From positions 32,001-96,000 of the forward strand of contig JAVJSW010000001.1 in NCBI GenBank assembly GCA_040219255.1: DNA of 64,000 nucleotides, read 5' to 3'. How positions within the stretch are numbered: the first letter of the stretch is position 1; every line of letters begins with the position of its first letter. Of this stretch, positions 47,572 to 57,167 are shown in pieces. The notes under the pieces are model-generated. The model worked only from the letters and a program-made list of their open reading frames with translations. It made no database searches and had not been told where the DNA came from. This stretch comes from Sumerlaeia bacterium. Its GTDB lineage: Bacteria > Sumerlaeota > Sumerlaeia > SLMS01 > JAHLLQ01. The position numbers and the translations under genes were made by a program.

Positions 47572-47667
47572 ATGGAATTTCTCGGCCCGCACCGTGTCGA
47601 TGGGCACCCTGCGGCGGCAATGCGAAAGACGTTGCCCCGCAAGAGAAAGCGCAGCCAAGGTGGCGCG

Positions 47668-48753
47668 ATGAACGATGCCTCCCTTTCTTTCCTCAAACGC
47701 CTTCTCGACGTGCCCTCCCCCTCGGGCTTCGAAGAACCGGCTCAGGCCATCTGGAGCGACGAGGTCCGCCAGTTTGTCCCCGACATCCGACGCGGCGTCC
47801 ACGGCGACGTCTACGCCGTCCTGCCGGGCCGGGGCGCCGGACTCTCCGTTGCCCTGATGGGTCATGCCGACGAAATCGGCCTCATCGTCCGCTTCATCTC
47901 CGAGGACGGCCTGCTCTACGTCGCAGGGATCGGCGGCGTGGACGTGACCCTGCTGCCGGGCGAGCGCGTCCGATTCCAGGGCCTCAAGGGCGAAGTCCAC
48001 GGCGTGGTCGGCAGTCTCGCCATTCATCTCAAGACCGCCGAACAACGCAAGAAATCCGCGAACGACTGGAACGGCATCTGGGTCGACCTCGGCGCCAAAT
48101 CCCGCGAGGAAGCGCTGACGCTGGTGGCCGTGGGAACTCCCGGGGTCTTCGGCGGCGGAGGCTTTCAGGAACTGCCCAACGGCCGGGCCATCGCCCGCTG
48201 CTGGGACAATCGCATCGGCTGCTTCATCGTCGCCGAGGTCCTGCGCCGCCTGGCCAAGGACGGCGAATCCGAGGTCCTCCCCACTGTTTTCGGCATCAGC
48301 ACCGCTCAGGAGGAAATCTGCGGCCGGGGCGCCCAGACCATCCTGCACGGCATCAATCCCCACTTCGCCCTCGTTTACGATGTCACTCACGCCACCGACA
48401 CGCCCGATTGCGACAAGCGCCGCCACGGCGACATACGCCTCGGTGCCGGCGGCGCCATCACCGTTGGCGTGCTGACAAACAACGCCCTGACCGCGGCCGT
48501 TCAGGCCTGCGCCAAGCGTCATGGCATTCCCCTGCAAACGGAAGCCGACAACGGCAAATCCAGCACCGACGCCGACCAGGTCTCCATCGTCCGCGCCGGA
48601 ATTCCCGTGGCCGTCATGGGCTGCCCCCTGCGGTACATGCACACGGCCAGCGAAATCGCCCAATTGAGCGACATCGATGCCCTGATCGATGTCACCGTGG
48701 CGTTCTTGAAGGACCTGACGGAGGGCTTCCCGCTCTTCGCCGAGCAGGGATAA
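47668..48753 (+). CDS. M42-family metallopeptidase
   Basis: SPSGFE, GHADEIG, IGGVD, WDNRIG, QEE, TDAD and LRYMHT motifs. ATG at 47668. Confidence 0.92.
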   Translation: MNDASLSFLKRLLDVPSPSGFEEPAQAIWSDEVRQFVPDIRRGVHGDVYAVLPGRGAGLSVALMGHADEIGLIVRFISEDGLLYVAGIGGVDVTLLPGERVRFQGLKGEVHGVVGSLAIHLKTAEQRKKSANDWNGIWVDLGAKSREEALTLVAVGTPGVFGGGGFQELPNGRAIARCWDNRIGCFIVAEVLRRLAKDGESEVLPTVFGISTAQEEICGRGAQTILHGINPHFALVYDVTHATDTPDCDKRRHGDIRLGAGGAITVGVLTNNALTAAVQACAKRHGIPLQTEADNGKSSTDADQVSIVRAGIPVAVMGCPLRYMHTASEIAQLSDIDALIDVTVAFLKDLTEGFPLFAEQG

Positions 48754-48762
48754 AACGGAACC

Positions 48763-49230
48763 TCAGTAAACCCAGGGAACGAGCAGCTTCGTCCGAGCCG
48801 CCCAGGCGGCGTGCCGGGGACCAAAGGCTTGCCCCAGAAGGCGATCCTCGAGCCTAGTCTGCTGAACGACGCAGGCAACCGCCAGCAGCCACAATCCCCA
48901 CGCCAGACCATCCCCCGCCAGGCCTGCGAATCCTGTCAGCATCACCAGATCGCCCAAATACATCGGGTGCCGCACCCAACGCAGCAGCCCCCCGCCGGTC
49001 ACCAGTTCGGAGGGCCGGCCAAGGGCGCGGGCCTTGCGCTTGAGAATGACGTAATGAGAAAGCTCGATCGATCCCCCCGCCACCGCCAGCCCGGCTCCCG
49101 CGGCATAGGGCGGCGCCAGCAACTCTCGGCCGAGCGGGATGCCCGGCACCCCCATCGAGGCCGCGGCGCCATAGCCGATCAGGCCCAGGCTCAGCCCCAA
49201 CTTGGCCCACCAGGCGGGCGATGCGCTCAT
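48763..49230 (-). CDS. Isoprenylcysteine carboxyl methyltransferase / PEMT-family membrane protein
   Basis: LVTGG...VRHPMYLG, ED..L...FG and PW.Y C-terminus. Confidence 0.85.
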   Translation of the reverse strand: MSASPAWWAKLGLSLGLIGYGAAASMGVPGIPLGRELLAPPYAAGAGLAVAGGSIELSHYVILKRKARALGRPSELVTGGGLLRWVRHPMYLGDLVMLTGFAGLAGDGLAWGLWLLAVACVVQQTRLEDRLLGQAFGPRHAAWAARTKLLVPWVY

Positions 49231-50507
49231 GCTTCGACGGTGGTGTGGCCGCTGGCGCCGCCGGTGCGCTCGATCAGGATCAGCGTCAAATCGTCGTGCG
49301 GCACTTCCCCGCGAATGTGAGAGGAAACATCGCCGGTCACAAGGTCGAGCGCTTCCTCCAGATCCATGTCGCCGGTGACCGACAGGAGCGAAATCAGTCG
49401 TTCCGTGCCATAGGTTTCCCCCGAACCGTCCCGGCCATGGAGGATTCCGTTCGTCATCAGAATCAACCGGCCTCCGATGGGAAGCGTGCTGAGCGAATCG
49501 TGATAGGTAATGTCATCGAAGATGCCGAGTGGTGGGCCGCCGGCGGGTTCGAGAAGGTCCGCCCGGTCTTCCTCCGGCAGGTGCAGGATGGGCGAGGGAT
49601 GACCCGCCGCGGAGTGCACCAGAGTGCCCGATTCCGGGTCCACAACGGCGATATAGCAGGTCATCAGCTCCTCGGAGTCGAAGGTGCTCAGGAGGGTCTT
49701 GTTCATTTCCTGGAGGGTTTGCGCCGGGGAAAGCCCCCGCGCCAGCACGCACCGCAACACCGCCTGGGCCATGGCGGAATGCACCAGGGCCTGCAAGCCC
49801 GAGCCCTTGACATCCCAGACGACGTAAGCCACGCGCCCGTCGGGCAGCGCCAGCGCACCATACCCATCGCCCGATCCATCGCGCCCGCTGGCCTCGAAGT
49901 AAACGACTGAGCGCAGGTTGCGGAATTGAGGCAAAGCCTCTGGAATCAGCCGACTGCGCACACGCGTCATCTGCTCGCTCTTGCGGTCCAGCGTGGCCCT
50001 CGCCTCCGCCAACCGGTCATGCAAAAACTTGATCTTCAGGTGCGAAGCGACTCGCGCGGAGAGGAGTTGGGGATCGACCGGCTCGAAAAGGAAATCGTCG
50101 GCTCCGGCTTCCAGACCGGTGGCCCGGGCGGCGAAATCCTCGTCCGAGACCAGCATCAGGATCGGCAGATTTTGCCCCCGGCCCTGGCGTTTGCGCAGCT
50201 CTCGGGTCACATCCGCCGGGCGATTGTCTGAAAGTCTGCTGGGCAACAGGACCAGATCCGCCCCTTGACGCCCCACCTGATGCACCACGTCGTCGCCGTT
50301 CACACAGCACAGGACGTCGTAGCCGTTGGCCTGGAGCGTAGCCTTCATCAGCGCCGAGTCGGGAGTTAACGTATCCACCAGGACGACGCGATGCTTCGCC
50401 GATTGCAGATCGCCGGTCGTATTGGCGGGGAAAGGGGTCGGTACACTCAAGGCTATATCACGCCCACGATGGTCAGGAAGGATAATGAGAATTGTCGCCG
50501 AGGCCAA
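49227..50507 (-). CDS. Receiver-like domain fused to a SpoIIE-type PP2C domain (both degenerate)
   Basis: GLEAGADDF receiver C-half; PP2C SGDG, WDVKGSG, AGHP, LMTNG and DDLT. Start uncertain. Confidence 0.82.
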   Translation of the reverse strand: MASATILIILPDHRGRDIALSVPTPFPANTTGDLQSAKHRVVLVDTLTPDSALMKATLQANGYDVLCCVNGDDVVHQVGRQGADLVLLPSRLSDNRPADVTRELRKRQGRGQNLPILMLVSDEDFAARATGLEAGADDFLFEPVDPQLLSARVASHLKIKFLHDRLAEARATLDRKSEQMTRVRSRLIPEALPQFRNLRSVVYFEASGRDGSGDGYGALALPDGRVAYVVWDVKGSGLQALVHSAMAQAVLRCVLARGLSPAQTLQEMNKTLLSTFDSEELMTCYIAVVDPESGTLVHSAAGHPSPILHLPEEDRADLLEPAGGPPLGIFDDITYHDSLSTLPIGGRLILMTNGILHGRDGSGETYGTERLISLLSVTGDMDLEEALDLVTGDVSSHIRGEVPHDDLTLILIERTGGASGHTTVEA

Positions 50508-50856
50508 AGACCTTGAGCAACCGGGTCATCCTGAGGACATCCAGGACTTTCGGCGAGGGATTGACGAGCGAGAGCACCGTGCCCTGATGACGCAAGTGCT
50601 GGCGCAATCCCACCAGTACGCCGAGGCCGCTGGTGTCGAGAAAGGGCGTCTCCGACATGTCCAGGAGAACCGCCTTGGGCTGGCGCGCCGACGCGTCCAT
50701 CACCATCTCGCGCAGGTCCGAGCAAGTGTCGGCGATCAGTTCGCCAATCACGCGTATCTGCAGCGTCTCCTTGTTGCCTTCCAACACCAGTTCCACGCTT
50801 GATCGGAGCCCCCGTTGGGAGAAAGATCGAATCGTTGCCATGGTCGCCGTCGACAT
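50473..50856 (-). CDS. STAS-domain anti-sigma-factor antagonist
   Basis: GEL...LLDMSETPFLDTSGLGVL...VLRMTRL. Start at 50856 or 50841. Confidence 0.9.
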   Translation of the reverse strand: MSTATMATIRSFSQRGLRSSVELVLEGNKETLQIRVIGELIADTCSDLREMVMDASARQPKAVLLDMSETPFLDTSGLGVLVGLRQHLRHQGTVLSLVNPSPKVLDVLRMTRLLKVFGLGDNSHYPS

Positions 50857-50960
50857 GGTCAAATCATAGCCGAACATCGGGCGAAAAAGGCCCGTCGTCA
50901 ACCGCTTAGTCAAGCGCCTCCAATCCCATCCCACCGGTTTGTCCGGCAACGAACATCGCC

Positions 50961-51908
50961 ATGTCCCTGCTTCCCTTTTCCCTCAAAATGCCAGGCCGCT
51001 CCTTTCGCGGCAGCCCGCCGCCGCTGACACCGGCGGAAAGGGACCTCGCCGAGGAACTGCGCCACGACCTCGAACACCTCTGCCGCGACATCGGCGACCG
51101 CAGTCTTCCCTACCGCACCGCTCAACTGCGCCAGTCCGCAGAGTGGCTCACCGCCCAGCTCAAGGCCGCCGGCTGCGTTGTCGCGGGGCAGAGCTTCGCT
51201 GTCGAAGGCGAGCGGGTCGAAAACATCATCGGCGAAGCCCCCGGTCAGGACCCCGGCCTCCCGCCGCTTCTCGCCGGAGCCCACTATGACTCCCTTCGTG
51301 GAACTGTCGGCGCCAATGACAACGGCAGCGGCGTCGTCTGCGCCCTGGCCCTCGCCCGCCGGCTCGCCAAGGCGAACCTGGCCCGGACGCTGCGGTTCGT
51401 TTTTTTCGTGAACGAAGAACCGCCCTACTTTCAGACGCCCGAAATGGGCTCGGTGGTCTACGCCCAGCACTGCCGCGCCCAGCAGGAAGAGCTTCTCGGA
51501 TTCATCAACCTCGAGACCATCGGCCACTACACGCAAGAGCCCAAGTCCCAGCACTATCCCTTGAAGGCGATGGAGTTCGTACTGCCCACCACGGGCAACT
51601 TCCTGGCTTTCGTCGCCAACGAAATGTCCAAGGACCTGCTTTACGCCACGATCGGCGAGTTCCGCGAGCACGCGACCCTGCCCAGCGTCGGCGCGGCCCT
51701 GCCGGACGACATGGAGGGCATTGGCTTTTCCGATCAGTGGAGTTTCTGGCAAGTGGGCTATCCGGCCATCATGCTCACCGACACGGCGCCCTTCCGCTAT
51801 ACGCACTACCACACCACCCAGGACACGCCGGACAAGTGCGACTTCGAATCGATGGCTCGGCTGACGTCAGCCATGGAGGCGGCGATCCGGGCGCTTTGCT
51901 CGAAGTAG
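50961..51908 (+). CDS. M28-family peptidase
   Basis: GAHYDS, GANDNGSG, NEEPP, NLE, SDQ and YHTTQDT motifs. Confidence 0.92.
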   Translation: MSLLPFSLKMPGRSFRGSPPPLTPAERDLAEELRHDLEHLCRDIGDRSLPYRTAQLRQSAEWLTAQLKAAGCVVAGQSFAVEGERVENIIGEAPGQDPGLPPLLAGAHYDSLRGTVGANDNGSGVVCALALARRLAKANLARTLRFVFFVNEEPPYFQTPEMGSVVYAQHCRAQQEELLGFINLETIGHYTQEPKSQHYPLKAMEFVLPTTGNFLAFVANEMSKDLLYATIGEFREHATLPSVGAALPDDMEGIGFSDQWSFWQVGYPAIMLTDTAPFRYTHYHTTQDTPDKCDFESMARLTSAMEAAIRALCSK

Positions 51909-51918
51909 GGCTCGGAGA

Positions 51919-52548
51919 CTAGATATCCGAATCGCGGATGAGAGCCCAATTGGCCCTGAGATAGTTCAACCCCGACACCACCGTCAGCACGACCGCCACC
52001 AGGAACGCCAGGAACGGCCCCCACTCGTACACCAGATCGGCGCGGAACCGGGACACGAGAGGATCGGCCCAGACGCCCGCGGCGACCAGGAAGTCCTTGG
52101 TCATCAAGAACGTGATCGTCGTGATGATGGCGCCGAGTTGCCAGCCGGTCTTGTGTTTCCCCCAGCGGTCCGCCGCCATCACGAAGCCATTCACCGCGGC
52201 CAGCGTGCGCAGGCCTGTGACCAGAAATTCCCGGCACAGAATCACGATCACCAGCCAGGACGGAACGAGTTGCAATTCGACGAAAGCGACGAAGGCGGCG
52301 GTGACGAGAAGCTTGTCGGCGAGCGGGTCCAGGAGCTTTCCCAGGTTCGAAATCGCCCCCGTCTCGCGCGCCAGTTTGCCATCGTAATAATCCGTGATCG
52401 CCGCCGCCACGACAAGCAGCAGGCAGCACGCCCGGCTGATCGCCGCCAGAAGCGGGTTCGACGGGTCCGTTCCCGGCGCCAGCAGGGTCGCCAGAATCAA
52501 GGGAATGACGAGGATTCGGCTGAGGCTGAGTTTATTCGGAAGGGTCAT
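51919..52548 (-). CDS. pgsA: CDP-diacylglycerol--glycerol-3-phosphate 3-phosphatidyltransferase
   Basis: MTLPNKLS, TDYYDGKLAR...GKLLDPLADK and REFLVTGLR motifs. Confidence 0.93.
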   Translation of the reverse strand: MTLPNKLSLSRILVIPLILATLLAPGTDPSNPLLAAISRACCLLLVVAAAITDYYDGKLARETGAISNLGKLLDPLADKLLVTAAFVAFVELQLVPSWLVIVILCREFLVTGLRTLAAVNGFVMAADRWGKHKTGWQLGAIITTITFLMTKDFLVAAGVWADPLVSRFRADLVYEWGPFLAFLVAVVLTVVSGLNYLRANWALIRDSDI

Positions 52549-52584
52549 GAAAGGTCCAAAAGCCCGGGGAATGAACGGGGGCGA

Positions 52585-53673
52585 TTACCTCGACTCGCGG
52601 ATTGCCGAGTCAATGACTTCTCCCACCAGTGTGTGCTCCTGTGCCGCGATTTGGAGCTGCGTGCCCCGCGCGGCCTTCAGCGCATCCACGAACGCGAGGG
52701 CTATGCCCATCCCCAGACGGGGGCTGCGCGCCGCCCGCGTGATCCGCCCCACCGGCATCCCGTCGTACATCACGCGGTCGCCGCCTCGCGGCATACGGCC
52801 ATCCTCGAATCGGATATTCACCAGACGGCGGCTGAATTCTCCGCAGGTGCTGTGGAGCAACGCCCGGCGCCCCACGAAACGGCGCTTGTGGAACGCGATG
52901 TCCTCCGCCTCGCCCAGTTCGATGGGCGTCGTGTCCTCGTCGATCTCCGTGCCCACTTGGGGAATGCCGGCTTCGAGCGTCAGGATATCGACCGCTTGCT
53001 GACCGACGGGAACCAGACCGAGCTGCGCCCCCATCGAGTACAGCCGGTCCCAGACGTCCTCGAGAAACGGAGTGCCCATGTTGATCTGATAGCCTTCGAT
53101 GCCGGCGAAGGGGGCGTTGAAAATCAGGCAGCGGGCCTGACCGATCTGGACGATGGTGGACTCTCCGGGCCGATGGGGGAGCGAACCGTCGAGCAGCGCG
53201 CTCTCAAGAATTCCATGGGCGAGCGGCCCGCGCACCTCGATCGTTCCCTGCGTTTTCGTGTTGTTGGCGATTTCGATCGCTTTGTCGGCGGTCTGGCTCT
53301 GCATCCATCCGAGCAGACGCTCGGACATGGAACCGGTGCCATGAAGCAGGTAGAACTTATCGGTGCGATGAATCGCCACGGAATCGATGATGCCGCCGCG
53401 CTCGTTGCACATGTAGCTTTGGCGGGTCTGGTTCGGCTCGAGCCCGGAGAGGACACTGGTGGTCAGGAAATCGAGAACCTCGCCCGCCGCCTCGCCCGTG
53501 AGGCGGAAACGGCTGTCGTGACACCGGTCGATGAGTCCGGCGGCGGTGCGCAGCGATTCGTACTCCGCTTCCGAAGTGCTGAACCGATAAGGCACCTCGA
53601 TCCCATGGCTCTCCAGCAATCGTGCCCCATGGCTTTCGTGCCAGTGTGCAAGAGGAGAGCGTTTGCCAGCCAT
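52585..53673 (-). CDS. Aminomethyltransferase-family (GcvT/YgfZ-like) protein
   Basis: SPLAHWH..HGA, EYESLR, GGIID, L.LEAG, FVGR.AL and SP.LG.GIALAF motifs. ATG at 53673. Confidence 0.85.
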   Translation of the reverse strand: MAGKRSPLAHWHESHGARLLESHGIEVPYRFSTSEAEYESLRTAAGLIDRCHDSRFRLTGEAAGEVLDFLTTSVLSGLEPNQTRQSYMCNERGGIIDSVAIHRTDKFYLLHGTGSMSERLLGWMQSQTADKAIEIANNTKTQGTIEVRGPLAHGILESALLDGSLPHRPGESTIVQIGQARCLIFNAPFAGIEGYQINMGTPFLEDVWDRLYSMGAQLGLVPVGQQAVDILTLEAGIPQVGTEIDEDTTPIELGEAEDIAFHKRRFVGRRALLHSTCGEFSRRLVNIRFEDGRMPRGGDRVMYDGMPVGRITRAARSPRLGMGIALAFVDALKAARGTQLQIAAQEHTLVGEVIDSAIRESR

Positions 53674-53788
53674 AGTTGCCCCATTCCCGAAAATTCTCTC
53701 TGCCGGAAACGAGTTCCCGGGCCAGAACGTGACCCTATTTCCTAGGTCCGCCGGGGGCAAGGAGCAAGAGAGACCGCCATCCCGGCTG

Positions 53789-53830
53789 AAAAAGGAAAAA
53801 GCCGGGAGAGCGATTCTTCGCTCTCCCGGC
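53789..53830 (-). terminator. Strong intrinsic terminator of the secreted-protein gene
   Basis: Perfect 13-bp stem gccgggagagcga/tcgctctcccggc, followed on the minus strand by TTTTTCCTTTTT. Confidence 0.9.
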
Positions 53831-53876
53831 ATCGATCCTGGGTCAGAGGCGCTTGTGAAGCGATGAAGGAGGGGTC

Positions 53877-55550
53877 TTAGAAGGTGGGCTTGTCCACCGA
53901 CTCGACAGTGATGCTACGCAGCGTGATCGAGGGATTCTGGACCGAGCCGGCGCCACGAAGGTCGTAGACGTCGAAGCCAAGGTCGAGCGGCGAGCCGTTC
54001 GCCCCATCCGGAACCACGAAGAAGGCCTGATAAGACTCACCGTCCGCATCGGGGGCATCGGCCGGATCCGAGGCGGTCGAGTTCAAGGACAGATCGCCCA
54101 CGAAGTCGTTGTTGCCGGCCGCGAAGCGCAGACGCACCACGGGAAGCTCGGCGGGAACCGCGTCCGCGGAGACGACCATCGTCACGCGGTAGAGCTTCGA
54201 CGAGTTCGCCGTGCCGATGTTCAGGACGTCCCAGAACCCGTAGGAGAAGGCGCCGATGCTGAAGTCGGCGGGTCCGGCGCTGGTGACCTGAAGGCCATCG
54301 GCGGTGGCGGTCAGCGTCGCGCCGGGCAGCGCGCCGCCGGCGTCGACCGACGTGTTGTTCCAGCCGTTCGTGTTGCTGCCGGAGAAGTCGGCGGAGTACA
54401 CGGGGGCGAAGGTGCCCAGGGCGGCCGGATCGATCACGCGCTCCGTCAGGCGGGCGAGCGTGATGCTCTCGTTGGCCGAACCAAGACCGATCTGAAGGAT
54501 GTCCATCGCGATGTCGAAGCCGGAGCGGCCACCGACACTGTCGGCCACATGGGCCGGAACGGTGGAGACCACCGAATAGGTCTCGCCGTCGCCGTCGGGC
54601 GTGACGATGATGTTGTTGTTCGGGTCCGAGTCCTGGAAGAGGACGCCGGTGCCGCGGAAAGTATCGGCGGAGTTCAGACGCACACGTCCCGGAGGAACCG
54701 CGCCGCCGGAGGTCGAAGAGCTGACTTCGAAGGTGTTGTAGTAGATCACACCCTGCGGGGGCTGACCGAAGGCATCGGTCGTGAAGCCCGAGTCCCAGGT
54801 ACCGAAGGAGAGGTCGCGATTCTTGGACAGAATCCGCAGACCGGCGCCCGGTACGGCGTTGCCTTCCGGCAGGTTGCCGGCGGGCAGAATGCCGTTGTAA
54901 GTCCAGGTTCCGGCGCCATTCACCTCGAAATCCGTAACCGACGGGAACGCTCCCGCCACCACGTTGACCGTGATGGTGTCGCCGGCCGGGCGGGTTTCGC
55001 CCTGGGCGTTGAGCGAGTTGCCGCTGGCATCGGAGATACCCAGCAGACCGGTGTTGTTGTCGATGGCGGAGACCAATTCCACAGCCACGTCACCGGTGCC
55101 CGAACCGGTCGGGATGCTGACGGTGGCGACGCGCTGGCTGGCGCTGGCGTTGAAGGTGGAAATGGGGTTGTTGCTGGTCGAATAAATCACCCCGCGGAAC
55201 TCGATCACGTTGCCCGTGATCGTTCCACCGGAGACTCCGGTCCGATCGAGCTTCTCGTTGAACACGTAGGTGAACGTGCCGGCGAGACTGGGATCGATGG
55301 CCGAGGTGGCGTTGGCGAAATCGAGAAGAGCCCCATCGGCCTGCTCGATTCGCAAAGTGAAGTTCACACCCGCCACGCCTTCCGGCACGTTCTCGACGAA
55401 GATGTCGAGATCGAGGGTGGACAACGGCCGAACTTCGACCGAATCGCTCCCGAAGGAGAAGTCGTATGCCTGGGCCGAAGTGGCCGCCAGGCAGGTAGCG
55501 GCACCGGCAAGGGCTAATGCCTTGATGGACCTACGCGCCATTCGCTTCAT
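53877..55550 (-). CDS. Secreted beta-rich surface protein (S-layer-like) with two internal repeat domains
   Basis: Signal peptide ...AQA|Y, GAGGAG RBS, S/T/G/A/D-rich, duplicated domain, own strong terminator. Confidence 0.8.
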   Translation of the reverse strand: MKRMARRSIKALALAGAATCLAATSAQAYDFSFGSDSVEVRPLSTLDLDIFVENVPEGVAGVNFTLRIEQADGALLDFANATSAIDPSLAGTFTYVFNEKLDRTGVSGGTITGNVIEFRGVIYSTSNNPISTFNASASQRVATVSIPTGSGTGDVAVELVSAIDNNTGLLGISDASGNSLNAQGETRPAGDTITVNVVAGAFPSVTDFEVNGAGTWTYNGILPAGNLPEGNAVPGAGLRILSKNRDLSFGTWDSGFTTDAFGQPPQGVIYYNTFEVSSSTSGGAVPPGRVRLNSADTFRGTGVLFQDSDPNNNIIVTPDGDGETYSVVSTVPAHVADSVGGRSGFDIAMDILQIGLGSANESITLARLTERVIDPAALGTFAPVYSADFSGSNTNGWNNTSVDAGGALPGATLTATADGLQVTSAGPADFSIGAFSYGFWDVLNIGTANSSKLYRVTMVVSADAVPAELPVVRLRFAAGNNDFVGDLSLNSTASDPADAPDADGESYQAFFVVPDGANGSPLDLGFDVYDLRGAGSVQNPSITLRSITVESVDKPTF

Positions 55551-55864
55551 GAGATACTCCTCTGAATCATTCTCTCTGCCACATCGTCTCCAATGAGGCG
55601 GAGGAAAAGCAAGACCAGGATTCATGCTTTCGCATTTCTCTCTTACCGTTCCCCTTCGCCGAAGCGTGAGTCAAGCTTGAACAGCAAGTGAGTGATGGGG
55701 TATCTAACCTTTTTCCCCAAGTGGATGGCAAGCCAGAAAGACCATCGCAGGGAATAAGTTCAGTACCCTACTTTCTATTTCTGGACCAACTCCCCCCTGT
55801 GTCAACCCACACTTCCATTTTTCTCCACCCTTCCCCGCCAATCTCAGCCACCCATCCAGAACGT

Positions 55865-57013
55865 TCAGGGAGCGGGCTCCACGATTTCCGCCAGCTTCTC
55901 CGCCAGAACCCGCACCTCCTCGACGCCTGTCAGGTGACTTAGGGAAATCCTCAGCCCTCCCCGGGCCCGCTCCTCATCCCCGGGAAACATCGACGCCAGA
56001 ACCGGCGAAACCGACACCACGCCGGTCGAGCAGGCGGCTCCCGGCGAAACGGCGCAACCCCGCCCGTCCAGGGCGATCGCCAAATCCGTGGCGGCGATGG
56101 GGCCGAAGGAGAGGTTCAACACCCCTGGCAATCGGGGGGCCTCCCCATTGCGCCGGCAAATCACCCCGAGGTCCGCCAGCGCCCGCAGAAAAGCCTCCTC
56201 CAACCGATGCACCGCTCGGGTCCGCGCCTCCCGCTCTTCGCACGCCAGTTCGAGCGCCCGCGCGCAACCGATCGCCAGAACCACCGGCTCCGTGCCGCCC
56301 CGGATTTCGCTCTCCTGACTGCCCCCTGTGACCTGCGGGACGATCGTCTGCAAGTCTCGGCCCGCCAGGAATCCAATCCCCACCGGCCCATAGAACTTGT
56401 GCGCCGCCCCAAAGGCGAAATCCGCCCCCAGCGCGTCCAGACCCAGCGGCACTTTCCCCACCGACTGAGTGACGTCGCACAGCCAATGGGCGCCCAGTTC
56501 GGCGGTCCATCCCGGAATGCTTTCCACATCCTGCAAAACACCCGTTTCATTGTTGCTGTGCATGACACAAATAAGATCGGGAGGACTATTCACTTCTGCA
56601 ATCCATTTTGATTCCGGAATACAAATCCGACCATTCGCTCCCGCTTCCATCCAATGGGGGACAACGCTTCCGCGCTCCGCCATCCCCGCCAGCGTCTTCT
56701 CGACACAGGAGTGTTCGAGGGCGGAGGCCCAGACCCGCATCGGCCGATCCAGAGTTTGCGCGAGGCCCCGGATCGCCAGGTTCGCCGCCTCTGTGGCACC
56801 CGAGGTGAAGACGAGATGATTGGGGTCTTCGATTCCGAGGCAAGCGGCCACGCGCTCGCGCGCGTCTTCGAGCAGCATGCGGGCGCGCTGGCCCAGGCGG
56901 TGCGTGCTCGAGGGGTTCAGGGGCAGGCCCTGGATCGCCGCCATCGCTTCCCAGACCCGGGGATCGAGGGGGGTGGTGGCGGCGTGGTCAAAGTAGTGGA
57001 GCGGGATGGGCAT
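55865..57013 (-). CDS. Cysteine desulfurase (IscS/NifS-like)
   Basis: YFDHAATT, NPSS, FTSGATEA, NNETG, AHKFYGP (PLP Lys) and GAACS motifs. Confidence 0.92.
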   Translation of the reverse strand: MPIPLHYFDHAATTPLDPRVWEAMAAIQGLPLNPSSTHRLGQRARMLLEDARERVAACLGIEDPNHLVFTSGATEAANLAIRGLAQTLDRPMRVWASALEHSCVEKTLAGMAERGSVVPHWMEAGANGRICIPESKWIAEVNSPPDLICVMHSNNETGVLQDVESIPGWTAELGAHWLCDVTQSVGKVPLGLDALGADFAFGAAHKFYGPVGIGFLAGRDLQTIVPQVTGGSQESEIRGGTEPVVLAIGCARALELACEEREARTRAVHRLEEAFLRALADLGVICRRNGEAPRLPGVLNLSFGPIAATDLAIALDGRGCAVSPGAACSTGVVSVSPVLASMFPGDEERARGGLRISLSHLTGVEEVRVLAEKLAEIVEPAP

Positions 57014-57167
57014 CGGCGATCCTCGAGAAATTGGCGCTTGGGGAAAATCAGGCTTTGGACTTGCGACGGAAATTGGTGGGCAGGCAGCTTAGCGTTCCGA
57101 AACTCGCGGTGCGCCCGACTTGGCGATGGGGGTGACGTGCCGGGTTCTTCACCCGGTCCAAAAGTTC

